Shown in pieces: positions 1 through 8,546 of a stretch of 32,000 bases of DNA (the first letter of the stretch is position 1; the number at the start of each line of letters is the position of its first letter). The stretch is from Synechococcus sp. A15-28. GTDB lineage: Bacteria; Cyanobacteriota; Cyanobacteriia; PCC-6307; Cyanobiaceae. The position numbers and the translations under genes were made by a program. The notes beneath the pieces are model-generated. The model was not told where the DNA came from, searched no databases, and saw only the letters and a list, made by a program, of their open reading frames with translations. Location: positions 1,470,001-1,502,000 of the forward strand of contig NZ_CP047931.1 in the NCBI RefSeq assembly GCF_014280175.1, read 5' to 3'.

Positions 1-554
1 ACCCGGTCCACCACCGCCTGCAGGATCTCGGGCACCCCCAGGCCGGTCTTGGCCGAGCAGGGGATGGCGTTGTCGCAATCGAGGCCGATGATCGCCTCCA
101 CCTCTTCCTTGATCCGATCGGGATCCGCACCGGGGAGATCGATCTTATTGAGCACCGGGATGATCTCGAGATCGTTGTCCAGGGCCAAGTACACGTTGGC
201 CAGGGTCTGCGCTTCCACCCCCTGGCTGGCATCCACCACCAGCAGCGCCCCTTCACAGGCCTGCAGGCTGCGGCTCACCTCATAGGAGAAGTCCACGTGG
301 CCAGGGGTGTCGATCAAGTTGAGGACGTACTCCTCACCATCGGCCGCCTGGAAGTTCATCCGAGCGGCCTGAAGCTTGATCGTGATCCCCCGCTCCCGCT
401 CCAGATCCATGTTGTCGAGGAACTGGTCCTGCATGTCCCGGTTGGCCACGGTGCCGGTGTCCTGCAGCAGGCGGTCAGCCAGGGTCGACTTGCCGTGGTC
501 GATGTGGGCAATGATGCAGAAGTTGCGGATCCGTGAGACGGGGGCGTCGGTCAT
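1..554 (-). CDS. lepA: Elongation factor 4 (LepA), N-terminal GTPase part; the gene runs off the window start
   Basis: Reverse translation from the ATG at 552-554 gives [30 protein letters not shown]...[14 protein letters not shown]...[10 protein letters not shown]. The G1, G3 and G4 GTPase motifs and a LepA-type N-terminus are present. It is absent from the ORF track because it is truncated by the window edge. Confidence 0.9.
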   Translation of the reverse strand, partial: MTDAPVSRIRNFCIIAHIDHGKSTLADRLLQDTGTVANRDMQDQFLDNMDLERERGITIKLQAARMNFQAADGEEYVLNLIDTPGHVDFSYEVSRSLQACEGALLVVDASQGVEAQTLANVYLALDNDLEIIPVLNKIDLPGADPDRIKEEVEAIIGLDCDNAIPCSAKTGLGVPEILQAVVDR

Positions 555-637
555 GCAGCAGCGGAATCCCGTCTCGGGTCCATGGTTCTTCGTTCTCCCA
601 ATCCTAAGGAGGGGTCAGCAGTGGCGATGAAGCAGCG

Positions 638-964
638 ATGTCTCTGAGCAATCCCTGGACCCTGCTGTTGCTGGCCATCAGCGCTGAGGTGATCGGCACC
701 TCCTGCCTGCGGTTATCGGAGGGCATGACCAGGCCCCTGCCCACCCTGCTGGTGTTCAGCGCCTACGCCCTTGCGATGGTCCTGCTCTCCAAGGTGGTGC
801 TGAGCATTCCCCTGGGAATCACCTATGCCCTGTGGAGTGGCATCGGCACCGTGGTGATCGTGCTGGTGGGTCGCTTCGCATACAGCCAGATGCTGCAGCC
901 CGCGCAGCTGATCGGCATCGGCCTGATCACCGCCGGTGTGGTGCTGGTGAATCTGGCCAAGTAG
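638..964 (+). CDS. SMR-family small multidrug/quaternary-ammonium efflux protein (EmrE/SugE-like)
   Basis: The 108-aa product has four hydrophobic segments and the conserved membrane Glu in AISAEVIGTS. Size and pattern are typical of the SMR family. Confidence 0.85.
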   Translation: MSLSNPWTLLLLAISAEVIGTSCLRLSEGMTRPLPTLLVFSAYALAMVLLSKVVLSIPLGITYALWSGIGTVVIVLVGRFAYSQMLQPAQLIGIGLITAGVVLVNLAK

Positions 965-967
965 TCC

Positions 968-2476
968 TCAGCCCGTCAGTCCCAGCAGGGCATCGCTGCG
1001 TTGACGCATCGCTATCAGCAGTTCTGGATCCTGGGTCGGGTCGCCGCCGATGCTCGGCAGCAGAGCCTGCAGACGCTCCTGCCAGGGGGCACTCGCCAGC
1101 CGCTCCTTGAAACAACGCTGCAGAACCTCCAGCATGATCGTCACCGACGTACTGGCACCGGGCGAGGCCCCGAGGAGTGCGGCCAGTGAACCGTCGCTGG
1201 AGGCCACCACCTCGGTGCCCAGCTGCAGCCGCCCCCCCTCTTTGCTGCGCTTGATGATCTGCACCCGCTGGCCGGCCACCGACAGGCTCCAGTCCTCCGT
1301 GCGAGCCGTGGGCATGAACTCCTGCAGCGCGTCATGGCGTTGCTCCGGGCTCTGGCGCAGCTGGTTGATCAGGTATTTCACCAGGTCCACATTGGTGGCC
1401 CCCACCTGCAGCATCGGCAGCAGGTTGGTGGGCCGCACCGAGGCCGGCAGATCCAGCAGCGACCCCTGCTTGAGGAATTTGCTGCTGAAGCCGGCGAAAG
1501 GACCGAACAGCAGCGATCGCTTGCCATCGATCCAGCGGGTGTCGAGGTGAGGCACCGACATCGGAGGCGCCCCGACCGCGGCCTTGCCGTAAACCTTGGC
1601 CCGTTGTTTGTCCGCCAGCTGGGCGTCACCGCAGACCAGCCAGAGACCGCTGACGGGGAATCCGGCGAAATCATCCGCCTCCGGAATACCGGAGCGTTGC
1701 AGCAGCGGCAGGGCTCCCCCACCAGCCCCGAGGAACACAAACGGCGCCCGCACCTCCCGCTTGCCGGAGGGGTCCTGCAGGATCACCCGCCAGTCGGCCT
1801 CGGTCATGTCACCTCGGCGCAGGCGCTTGAGATCACGCACCTGGGTGCCGTACTCCACGCTGAGGGCACCGCTGTGCTGCAGCGGATCGAGATAAGCGCG
1901 GGTGAGAGCACCGAAATCCACATCCGTGCCGCGCTCGATCCGGGTGGCCGCCACCGGCTGCTTCAGATCCCTCCCGGCCATCACCAGCGGCATCCACTCG
2001 GTGAGTTCCGTTCGCTCCTCGCTCCAGCGCATTGAAGCGAAGGCCGGAATCTGACTCAGCTGCTCAAAACGCTGACGCAGAAAAGCGATGTTCTCCGGCG
2101 TCCACACCGCGCTGATGTGGTCGGCCTGATGCAGGAACGCCCCCGGGTCCAGCTGACCGCGTTCCCGCAGGGAACCCCAGAACTCGAGGCTGCGCTCGAA
2201 ACCGGCGTTGATGGCCACCGCCTTGGCCGTGGCCACGGTGCCGTCGGCCTGCATCGGGGTGTAGTTCAGCTCGCAGTTGGCGGCGTGGCCGGTGCCGGCG
2301 TTGTTGACCGCAGCAGTGCTCTCCCGGGCAGGGCCCTCCAGACGCTCCACCAGCAGCAGCCGGAGCCCTGGATCCAGCTCATGCAGCAGGGCCGCCAGGG
2401 TGGCGCTCATGATGCCGGCGCCCACCAGCACGGCATCGAAGCGAGCGTCTGCACTGAAGGAGCCGTCCTGCTGCAC
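968..2476 (-). CDS. mqo: Malate:quinone oxidoreductase
   Basis: The 502-aa product has an N-terminal FAD-binding motif (DAVLVGAGIMSATLA), NNAGTGHAANCELNYTP, and Mqo-typical length and motifs. Confidence 0.9.
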   Translation of the reverse strand: MQQDGSFSADARFDAVLVGAGIMSATLAALLHELDPGLRLLLVERLEGPARESTAAVNNAGTGHAANCELNYTPMQADGTVATAKAVAINAGFERSLEFWGSLRERGQLDPGAFLHQADHISAVWTPENIAFLRQRFEQLSQIPAFASMRWSEERTELTEWMPLVMAGRDLKQPVAATRIERGTDVDFGALTRAYLDPLQHSGALSVEYGTQVRDLKRLRRGDMTEADWRVILQDPSGKREVRAPFVFLGAGGGALPLLQRSGIPEADDFAGFPVSGLWLVCGDAQLADKQRAKVYGKAAVGAPPMSVPHLDTRWIDGKRSLLFGPFAGFSSKFLKQGSLLDLPASVRPTNLLPMLQVGATNVDLVKYLINQLRQSPEQRHDALQEFMPTARTEDWSLSVAGQRVQIIKRSKEGGRLQLGTEVVASSDGSLAALLGASPGASTSVTIMLEVLQRCFKERLASAPWQERLQALLPSIGGDPTQDPELLIAMRQRSDALLGLTG

Positions 2477-2555
2477 CGAGAAAGGGTGATAACCGCTCTC
2501 GTCACCCTATGGGGCCGCTCCGTAGGCTTAGAGGGCTGATCCCTGTCTGCGTCCG

Positions 2556-2801
2556 ATGAGCACCGAAACCATGGCCCTGACGTTGGAAAACGTGGAGAAG
2601 GTGCTCGATGAGCTGCGTCCGTTCCTGATAGCCGACGGCGGCAACGTTGAAGTGGTGGAACTGGACGGTCCGATCGTGAAGGTGAGACTGCAGGGGGCCT
2701 GCGGCAGCTGCCCCAGTAGCACCATGACTCTCAAGATGGGCATCGAGCGCAAGATGCGCGAATCCATCCCCGAGGTGAGCGAAGTGGTTCAGGTTCTCTG
2801 A
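2556..2801 (+). CDS. NifU C-terminal-domain (Nfu-type) Fe-S cluster scaffold protein
   Basis: The 81-aa product contains [38 protein letters not shown], including the CxxC motif of the Nfu/NifU C-terminal domain. Confidence 0.85.
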   Translation: MSTETMALTLENVEKVLDELRPFLIADGGNVEVVELDGPIVKVRLQGACGSCPSSTMTLKMGIERKMRESIPEVSEVVQVL

Positions 2802-2814
2802 ACCGGGGCCTTCG

Positions 2815-3105
2815 GTGGAGCGCCTGTTCGTCTACGGCAGCCTCAAGGCCGGCGCCAGCGCCCATCACCTGCTGCAGAAGACCGTCGCTGAAGTTGAGGG
2901 TGTCTTGAATCAGGTGGAGCTGACCGTGCACGACGGTTATCCAATGCTGCCGGCCGGCTCGCAGCAGGTTCGTGGGGAGATCTACAAAGTTCCAGATGCC
3001 CTCTGGCCTGCGCTGGATGCATGGGAAGACGTGCCCAGGGTGTACAGCCGTCGCCGCCGGACGCTCCTCGACGGCAGAGACGTCTGGGTTTACGAGGCGT
3101 CCTGA
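2815..3105 (+). CDS. Gamma-glutamylcyclotransferase-like (AIG2/GGACT family) protein
   Basis: The 96-aa product starts LFVYGSLK and has the YPML...G.IY pattern of the GGCT-like fold. The start codon is GTG. Confidence 0.7.
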   Translation: MERLFVYGSLKAGASAHHLLQKTVAEVEGVLNQVELTVHDGYPMLPAGSQQVRGEIYKVPDALWPALDAWEDVPRVYSRRRRTLLDGRDVWVYEAS

Positions 3106-3800
3106 ACTGAGGCAGACGGGCAACTCCTGGCGGAGAAATCGCAGGAATACACAGCCGGCTTCTGCCAGCTGAGCGGAATCTCCAGCAGGTCACGGCTACC
3201 GGTGATGGCCTGAGCCAGGAACAACAGCGCAGCCAGAACCGAGGCACTGATGTGCAGGCGCCTGAAGCGAAGATCCCGCAGGATCTCCTGCCGTGCCGCC
3301 AGGGACGCCAACATCAAGCCCGTCACAGCAACCCCCGCCCAGTAGTGGGACTGCCAGAAGTCGCCTGATAGGGGGTTGTCCGACAGTCGCCAGACTTCGG
3401 GCTGGGCGCCGAGGCTGAGCACGCCGGTCCAGGTGATCAGGCTGAAGGCGAGGCGCAGGGATGCGGTCTTGCAGCGGAGCAAGGCCACCAGGCTGGCCAC
3501 GGTGCCTGCCAGCACCATCAGCAGTTGCGCTGCCCGCCAGACCCCACCAGCGAATTCGGATGGGGTGGTTTTGGTGGCGATCACCACGGTGAGGGCCACC
3601 AGCACGATCACCACGACAGCCGCCGCAAGCCAACGGCCGAGATCGCTGTGATCGCTTCCCACTGTGACCGGGTGCTTCACCGAGGCCACCCTTCGCTGCC
3701 GTGTCTGCCAGGCCAGTCGCACCACCACACCGAGCAGGGGGTACACCAGCACCACAGCCAGAACCGGATGCAGGATCCAGAGCCAGTCGACGGTGGTCAT
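3090..3800 (-). CDS. DUF4079-family integral membrane protein
   Basis: Motifs HPVLAVVLVYP, LGAQPEVWRLSDNP..FWQSHYW and AQAITGSRDL are present, and the protein is a paralog of the ORF at 22027-22674. The start is placed at the ATG at 3798-3800, which overlaps the upstream stop as ATGA. The ORF track extends the ORF to 3812. Confidence 0.75.
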   Translation of the reverse strand: MTTVDWLWILHPVLAVVLVYPLLGVVVRLAWQTRQRRVASVKHPVTVGSDHSDLGRWLAAAVVVIVLVALTVVIATKTTPSEFAGGVWRAAQLLMVLAGTVASLVALLRCKTASLRLAFSLITWTGVLSLGAQPEVWRLSDNPLSGDFWQSHYWAGVAVTGLMLASLAARQEILRDLRFRRLHISASVLAALLFLAQAITGSRDLLEIPLSWQKPAVYSCDFSARSCPSASVQDAS

Positions 3801-4273
3801 GGGGATGTCCACAGGTCTCTGCCTGAGACCTTTTCAAAAGACACAGGACGTTGCTTGATGCGCCAGGCCAGTCGCAAATTGATGGCAATGGCCGCGGCCA
3901 GGGCGAGATGAAAAAGATTGCCATTGGGAATCCCCATTCCCTGGAACGCGATCCAGGTGTTCACCCCCAGCAAAAAGCTGTTGATCAGGAACCAGATCAC
4001 AGCCACACCAAGCCGAACGAAGCGGCGATCCCGCAGTACCAATCGGACGGCCAGGCCACAGGTCAAAAGACCGGGTATCAAGCCGATGGAGCTGTAACCG
4101 TGAAGGATGCGCATCGACGCATCTGAATGCGCGTGGCTGAACAGGGCCGCCAGGAGGTTGAGTGAAATCAAGGCTCCCGGGTAGGGGCCAAGGGCATGAC
4201 GCAGCGGAGCCGGCCCATTCATCCAGAGGGCACCACGCAGAAGCGGGTGATGGGGCTGCGCCGGCTGAGACAT
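3797..4273 (-). CDS. Hypothetical multi-pass membrane protein
   Basis: The 158-aa ORF has high-GC coding character and about four hydrophobic helices. It is translationally coupled to the DUF4079 gene. I recognise no family. Confidence 0.6.
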   Translation of the reverse strand: MSQPAQPHHPLLRGALWMNGPAPLRHALGPYPGALISLNLLAALFSHAHSDASMRILHGYSSIGLIPGLLTCGLAVRLVLRDRRFVRLGVAVIWFLINSFLLGVNTWIAFQGMGIPNGNLFHLALAAAIAINLRLAWRIKQRPVSFEKVSGRDLWTSP

Positions 4274-4334
4274 CGCAAGACCCTGGAGGAGAGATCACTC
4301 CCTAAGTTTCAGCACGATCAGCAGCATCGGCCAG

Positions 4335-4388
4335 ATGGCATTTCGAAACTTTTGTCCAGCCCTGCTGAACAAGACCTACTTCAACTAG
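4335..4388 (+). pseudogene. Orphaned native 5' end of the class-V aminotransferase gene (MAFRNFCPALLNKTYFN-stop), left behind at attL
   Basis: An ATG at 4335 opens 17 codons that end in TAG at the island junction. Residues CPALLNKTYFN match residues 10-20 of the intact gene at 12776. Confidence 0.75.
4353..4387. repeat. attL core: 35-bp direct repeat (one mismatch) of 12803-12837
   Basis: TGTCCAGCCCTGCTGAACAAGACCTACTTCAACTA here matches TGTCCAGCCCTGCTCAACAAGACCTACTTCAACTA at 12803-12837. The sequence turns AT-rich immediately to the right. Confidence 0.8.
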
Positions 4389-4458
4389 GACGCACTACCA
4401 TTCTGACAAGCCTAGATCAACTGCAGCACAACGGCTTTTAGAGAATAGCGTTGAGAGC

Positions 4459-4480
4459 TTTAGTCACACCTTTAGTCACA
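4459..4480 (+). promoter_or_regulatory. Two TTTAGTCACA motifs spaced 12 bp start-to-start (candidate integrase arm-type sites, left arm)
   Basis: TTTAGTCACA occurs at 4459-4468 and 4471-4480. The same pair with the same spacing and orientation occurs at 12733-12754. Confidence 0.55.
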
Positions 4481-4583
4481 GAATTTGGACTCCATAGTCC
4501 TGAGGACCAGTCGCGCCAGCTGTTTTCAGGCGTTGTTTGAGCAGATGCTGCTGAAAGCTTGAGCAGACCCAGCCACCAGACAT

Positions 4584-4607
4584 ATATTAGTACGTATGTA
4601 CTGATAT
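4584..4607. promoter_or_regulatory. 24-bp imperfect palindrome immediately upstream of the first island ORF (candidate operator)
   Basis: ATATTAGTACGTATGTACTGATAT matches its own reverse complement at 20 of 24 positions. It ends 6 bp before the ATG at 4614. Confidence 0.4.
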
Positions 4608-4613
4608 CAGGCT

Positions 4614-4862
4614 ATGGGGTCAGAGGGCTTCATTCAAGATCCGGCGACCAAAGAAACCAAGCGGTTCCATAGAGACGAGAGGAGCTGGATCAGAGACCCC
4701 AAGGTCTTTGTCGACACTGGGATACCGATACCGGGAGAACCACCACTCCTCAAGACACGCGTGCACCTGCGTAGGGACGCTGCAGAGCAGCTCTGGAAGG
4801 AGTTACATCGCGTTGGCTGGCAGCAGGTGGACCCTTGTTGGGGAGCCTCTGCTGAGCCGTAA
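4614..4862 (+). CDS. Hypothetical small protein (possibly the DUF1651-like family of marine picocyanobacteria)
   Basis: The 82-aa ORF ends ...AEQLWKELHRVGWQQV. The family assignment is from memory only. An antisense ORF at 4634-4885 is treated as a shadow. Confidence 0.5.
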   Translation: MGSEGFIQDPATKETKRFHRDERSWIRDPKVFVDTGIPIPGEPPLLKTRVHLRRDAAEQLWKELHRVGWQQVDPCWGASAEP

Positions 4863-4900
4863 AGCGGAAGGGGGTACGGGGTCAATGAAGTCCTCGTATG

Positions 4901-4926
4901 TACGTAATGACCCCTCAGAAATTTTT
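4901..4926 (+). repeat. Left copy of a 25/26-bp direct repeat flanking the K+ channel gene
   Basis: TACGTAATGACCCCTCAGAAATTTTT here matches TACGTAATGACCTCTCAGAAATTTT at 6049-6073. Confidence 0.6.
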
Positions 4927-5001
4927 ATTATTCTTTGAGATCCCTTGTATGGCTCAAATAAAAAAAAATTGCAGAAGAGTTTTTTAATGCTTTAACGGCA
5001 T

Positions 5002-5862
5002 TCAAGGATCTTCTCTAGAAATCTCCGATCCCAGAAACTCAGTGAAACCTGCCGAGATAATGCCGATTGGGATTGCAATCACAGCGATCCCGCATATGGC
5101 AGTCAATGCTGCCACAAGTTTCCCCAGTGCTGTTATGGGATAGGTGTCCCCATATCCAACTGTCGTCACTGTAACTACAGACCACCACAGGCATCTTGGT
5201 ATTGATCCAAACTGTTCTTCTTGTACACGCCCTTCCACTAAAAACATTAATACACTACTAATAAAAATAACAACTCCTGAATAAATGGCGGAAATTTGAA
5301 GTTCTTCTTTTTTGGCAGTCAGCGCTTGGTTGAAATACTTGATGCTTTTCCGAAAACGCTTTGAACGACCAACTCTTCCGATCCGCGTCAGTCTAATAAT
5401 CCTGAGCAAATACAGTTCAGGGGAGATGAGACCAAAGATGGTTGGTGCGATTGCAATTAGATCCAGGATTGCCAAAGGCGTAATGGCGTAGTCCAAAGCA
5501 CCTTGAATGCCTCTTCTTGCTCCGTCCCTAAGTGGAGCGACCCAGAGTCGCGCTACATATTCGATCAGGAAGATTATTGATAACGCGACATCAGCTTTTA
5601 CGAGTAAATCTCCCAGTGATGATCGAATAACAGGTTCTGTAGCGATGATCGCCACTCCAATGGACAAGACGATCATCAGACCTATTGCCTTGACGGCATT
5701 AGTCGCCCTTCCTTGCTCGTCCGTAGAGTTCAACGAGTGGAAGAGTTTTTCTCGGAGAGTGTGCACGACAACTGGACTTTGCCAGTCCTTATCTTGCTGT
5801 AACTCATCGTTCGGCGCCACTAGCATCCTTTTCGCCAGATCCCCCCCCCTTGACCCAAACAC
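5002..5862 (-). CDS. Voltage-gated (6TM, Kv/KvAP-like) potassium channel
   Basis: The selectivity filter TVTTVGYGD is present. An S4-like segment has regularly spaced basic residues (LRIIRLTRIGRVGRSKRFRK). There are six hydrophobic helices. The start is uncertain: GTG at 5862 or ATG at 5826. Confidence 0.85.
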   Translation of the reverse strand: MFGSRGGDLAKRMLVAPNDELQQDKDWQSPVVVHTLREKLFHSLNSTDEQGRATNAVKAIGLMIVLSIGVAIIATEPVIRSSLGDLLVKADVALSIIFLIEYVARLWVAPLRDGARRGIQGALDYAITPLAILDLIAIAPTIFGLISPELYLLRIIRLTRIGRVGRSKRFRKSIKYFNQALTAKKEELQISAIYSGVVIFISSVLMFLVEGRVQEEQFGSIPRCLWWSVVTVTTVGYGDTYPITALGKLVAALTAICGIAVIAIPIGIISAGFTEFLGSEISREDP

Positions 5863-6048
5863 CTGAAGCAGATGCAGAACAGGCGTGCTGGACGCAAGTT
5901 CGATCTAAACGGAAGAGATATGGGACCTTGTGGATGGTCTGAAGTAAGCCAGGACCTCATGCGTCTGTATGACCTGGCAGCTCTTCTCCTATGTCAGCGA
6001 CCAACACTGCTACACGTTGCTGACCTGGGCAAGTGAGGTGCAGTCAAA

Positions 6049-6073
6049 TACGTAATGACCTCTCAGAAATTTT
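6049..6073 (+). repeat. Right copy of the direct repeat flanking the K+ channel gene
   Basis: See 4901-4926. The 11-mer ACGTAATGACC also recurs at 20519-20529 in island 2. Confidence 0.6.
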
Positions 6074-6142
6074 AATTGATTGTTAGCAGGTACTGATTGA
6101 TATTGGACTTGTCTTATAATGTCCATAGAGCTGCAATCTCCA

Positions 6143-6889
6143 ATGAAAGCACTTTTTAGAATGTATAAGCCTGTTACTGTTGTGCTGACTAGCGCAATAA
6201 GCATCCTCTGTGTTCAACAGAAGGCAATTGCAGATGATCATGTCAGGATTGATAAGCCAGAAGACGAGACTTATGGTGAATTTACTAATGATTCAAACTA
6301 TACAACTGAATATTCCGAAGGTGAAATCTCACAAGGACATAATAGATGCCTACAAGCAGCTGATTACAAGGGGTGTATGGAATACCAGGAAGGCTCAAAT
6401 ACGAGGATAACTGAAACTGGAAGTGAACCTGGGACTGTTGACGTAACAGAGCCAAAACCATATAACTACGATCCTGAGTCAGTTATGCAATTAAAAATTC
6501 GTGGCTCATATGGAAGGTATCTCACATTCATAGGGAAGACAGTCAATGAATATGCAGGCACTAGTGGTTACATGTTGCCTGGCTCGCCTGGATCTGTTAG
6601 TTGTAACACCTATGGAGGCTATGGAGCGTATTCCAGTACATATACCACTTGTAATAGATCAGGATATGTCGCACCTACATATGTACCTGGGACATCTGGT
6701 GGAGTGCAAAATAGAAAGTACCGCTATGAGCTGGATTGCCAAGATATGACGTTTGATCGAAAAGGTGATTATGCAGGAGGTATGTCAAACAAGGGATGGA
6801 TGAGTGTGTATAATGATCCGACTGCTCAGGCTGTAGCAAATAGGTATTGTTCTTCAATTGGATCACTGCCAAGAGCCGCAGAGAGGTAA
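6143..6889 (+). CDS. Hypothetical secreted protein (signal peptide; Gly/Tyr/Ser-rich, Cys-containing)
   Basis: From the ATG at 6143 the N-terminus is MKALFRMYKPVTVVLTSAISILCVQQKAIA, which is signal-peptide-like. The ORF track starts 8 codons earlier. I recognise no family. Confidence 0.65.
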   Translation: MKALFRMYKPVTVVLTSAISILCVQQKAIADDHVRIDKPEDETYGEFTNDSNYTTEYSEGEISQGHNRCLQAADYKGCMEYQEGSNTRITETGSEPGTVDVTEPKPYNYDPESVMQLKIRGSYGRYLTFIGKTVNEYAGTSGYMLPGSPGSVSCNTYGGYGAYSSTYTTCNRSGYVAPTYVPGTSGGVQNRKYRYELDCQDMTFDRKGDYAGGMSNKGWMSVYNDPTAQAVANRYCSSIGSLPRAAER

Positions 6890-6934
6890 GAACAATGTTT
6901 GTATACGTCTTTAAATGAAAGCTTCACTGAACCA

Positions 6935-7027
6935 ATGAACGGAAAACTCCTTGTCGTTGGAATCGTCACCTTCTTTATTGTTTTCTTTGTCTATGAGTCC
7001 TTGTTGATGCGCGGCTTACCACACTGA
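6935..7027 (+). CDS. Possible 30-aa single-helix membrane peptide
   Basis: Hand translation gives MNGKLLVVGIVTFFIVFFVYESLLMRGLPH. It is below the ORF-track size cutoff, and nothing supports it beyond hydrophobicity. Confidence 0.3.
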   Translation: MNGKLLVVGIVTFFIVFFVYESLLMRGLPH

Positions 7028-7181
7028 GTCACGTTATCAGTCTCCTCCGGCATAAGTAAATTCATTAACTCTTCCCGAAATAAGCTTTCTCCTCACAAGA
7101 CGGAGTGTATCTGTTGCTCCGTAGTGGTGACCCTATAAGTAGTGACATCACTGCGGGGGCTGGCGTTCATAAGGACCCTGG

Positions 7182-7685
7182 TCATTGAGTGAGCTTTACT
7201 GTAGGACCAACAATACGAAGAGGTTCACCCGTCCAATCCTCTAAATCTTTCCTGAAAAACTTCCAGCCATTGCTGTCACCCGAAAATAATATTCGTGCAT
7301 TTCTAATATCTGCAGAAGTGGTCTTATATTCGATACTGTATTCATAGTCAACAGCATTCGGACCATAGACACAAATGAAACCACAGTTCTTAGCATCTTG
7401 CGGAACTTGCCGTTCTGTTATTGAGAGAATCTGATTACTCTCAATCCCCTTGCTGTTGTCAACCAGCATTCGCCCCATTTTAAATTTAATCCTGCAATTA
7501 TTACCCACCTTCTTGCACCACGCTTTGTGCGTCTTATTAGATGAAAATTTCAATGATTGCTCTCGGTCTACCTCTGCTGCTCCTAGATCAGCCCAAGCTG
7601 GAATGGTAGCCAAAAGTGAGGCACCAATAAAAGCAGCGGTAGCCAAGAAACGACGCACATGAGAAGTAGCTCTCAACATTTTCAT
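7182..7685 (-). CDS. Hypothetical secreted protein, paralog of the 7682-8100 locus
   Basis: A signal peptide is present (RRFLATAAFIGASLLATIPAWA). It shares the motifs AWC..GN.C[KR][IV].F and IEY[KR]...KF[FW]R.L with the upstream gene. Confidence 0.65.
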   Translation of the reverse strand: MKMLRATSHVRRFLATAAFIGASLLATIPAWADLGAAEVDREQSLKFSSNKTHKAWCKKVGNNCRIKFKMGRMLVDNSKGIESNQILSITERQVPQDAKNCGFICVYGPNAVDYEYSIEYKTTSADIRNARILFSGDSNGWKFFRKDLEDWTGEPLRIVGPTVKLTQ

Positions 7686-8100
7686 TCTTTGATATTTACG
7701 TCAACTTGAACCCCGTCGCGATCTTTACAGTTGCGACAAGCCCTTTTTAAATCTCGCCAAAACTTTCGAGCTGTTGGGTAATGGGCTATCCATATTTCGG
7801 CAAATTCCAAGGAGCCATCGTCATTTCTGTACTCAATACCAAAAGTTAGACCATCCCAAACATAATTTCCCGACCAATCCTTTGTAATATACGTAATATC
7901 GTCGAAGTCAACAGAGTCTTTATCATTAACTGTTATTTTTCGTTCGCGAACGAAACTTTGCAATCGTTCCCCTTTTCTCCACACCATGCATCATAAGTCG
8001 CACTTTTGCTCTTAGACGCGGCTTCCCCTAGCCCTGAATGAACAGGCACCGCAAGCAGGGAGCTAGCAATCAGTAGAGGCAGAAGTAGTAGAAAGCGCAT
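7682..8100 (-). pseudogene. Frameshift-split paralog of the 7182-7685 secreted protein
   Basis: A 55-aa ORF (8100-7933) encodes MRFLLLLPLLIASSLLAVPVHS...YDAWCGEKGNDCKVSFANEK-stop. The homologous continuation ITVNDKDSV... lies in the -1 frame, which is the 101-aa ORF at 7682-7987. The switch is at an A5 run at 7936-7940. Confidence 0.6.
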
Positions 8101-8217
8101 ATCAAGCGGAGACTTACTAGTCTATTCTGATCCGTCTTGGCAATAGTGCCAACCAAGTTCTTCAGCCTCTGCCAGGTCTGCTCACAGAAACGCAGGCAAC
8201 GAAAATTATCTGAGCTG

Positions 8218-8391
8218 CTAGTGGCATTTGTAAGTAACAGTTGATGTCTTAGAGGGGTTCACAAGTATTTTCATGCCCAAGACGCGGTGATACGCCAGAC
8301 TTGGAGTCACTACTTCTCTTTGGCCGTTTTCAGCCCACTTCTTGAACTCCTCTACTTCTCGTTTGAAGGAGTCGGACATTGGTTCATTCAT
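8218..8391 (-). CDS. Possible 57-aa ORF, perhaps the tail of a decayed gene
   Basis: Hand translation gives MNEPMSDSFKREVEEFKKWAENGQ.... The frame stays open for about 100 nt upstream of the ATG without a start codon. Confidence 0.25.
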   Translation of the reverse strand: MNEPMSDSFKREVEEFKKWAENGQREVVTPSLAYHRVLGMKILVNPSKTSTVTYKCH

Positions 8392-8546
8392 TTCTTTGAA
8401 GCCATTGTATTTGTGTTGATGTGGACATAGATAGAAGGGAGACCAGAAGGTTGTCTCTTTGTTTCCTTCACTCCCATTTGCTTGAGCCTGACTTTTTCAC
8501 GTAGTTGATCTAAATAATTTGACACTGATAGATTGGTTTTAATTGT

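Noticed and set aside
4196-4441. 81-aa plus-strand ORF spanning the left island junction
   Set aside because: The reading frame crosses the start of the 3797-4273 gene, the attL core and island DNA. It is out of frame with the aminotransferase stub and is best explained as a chance ORF.
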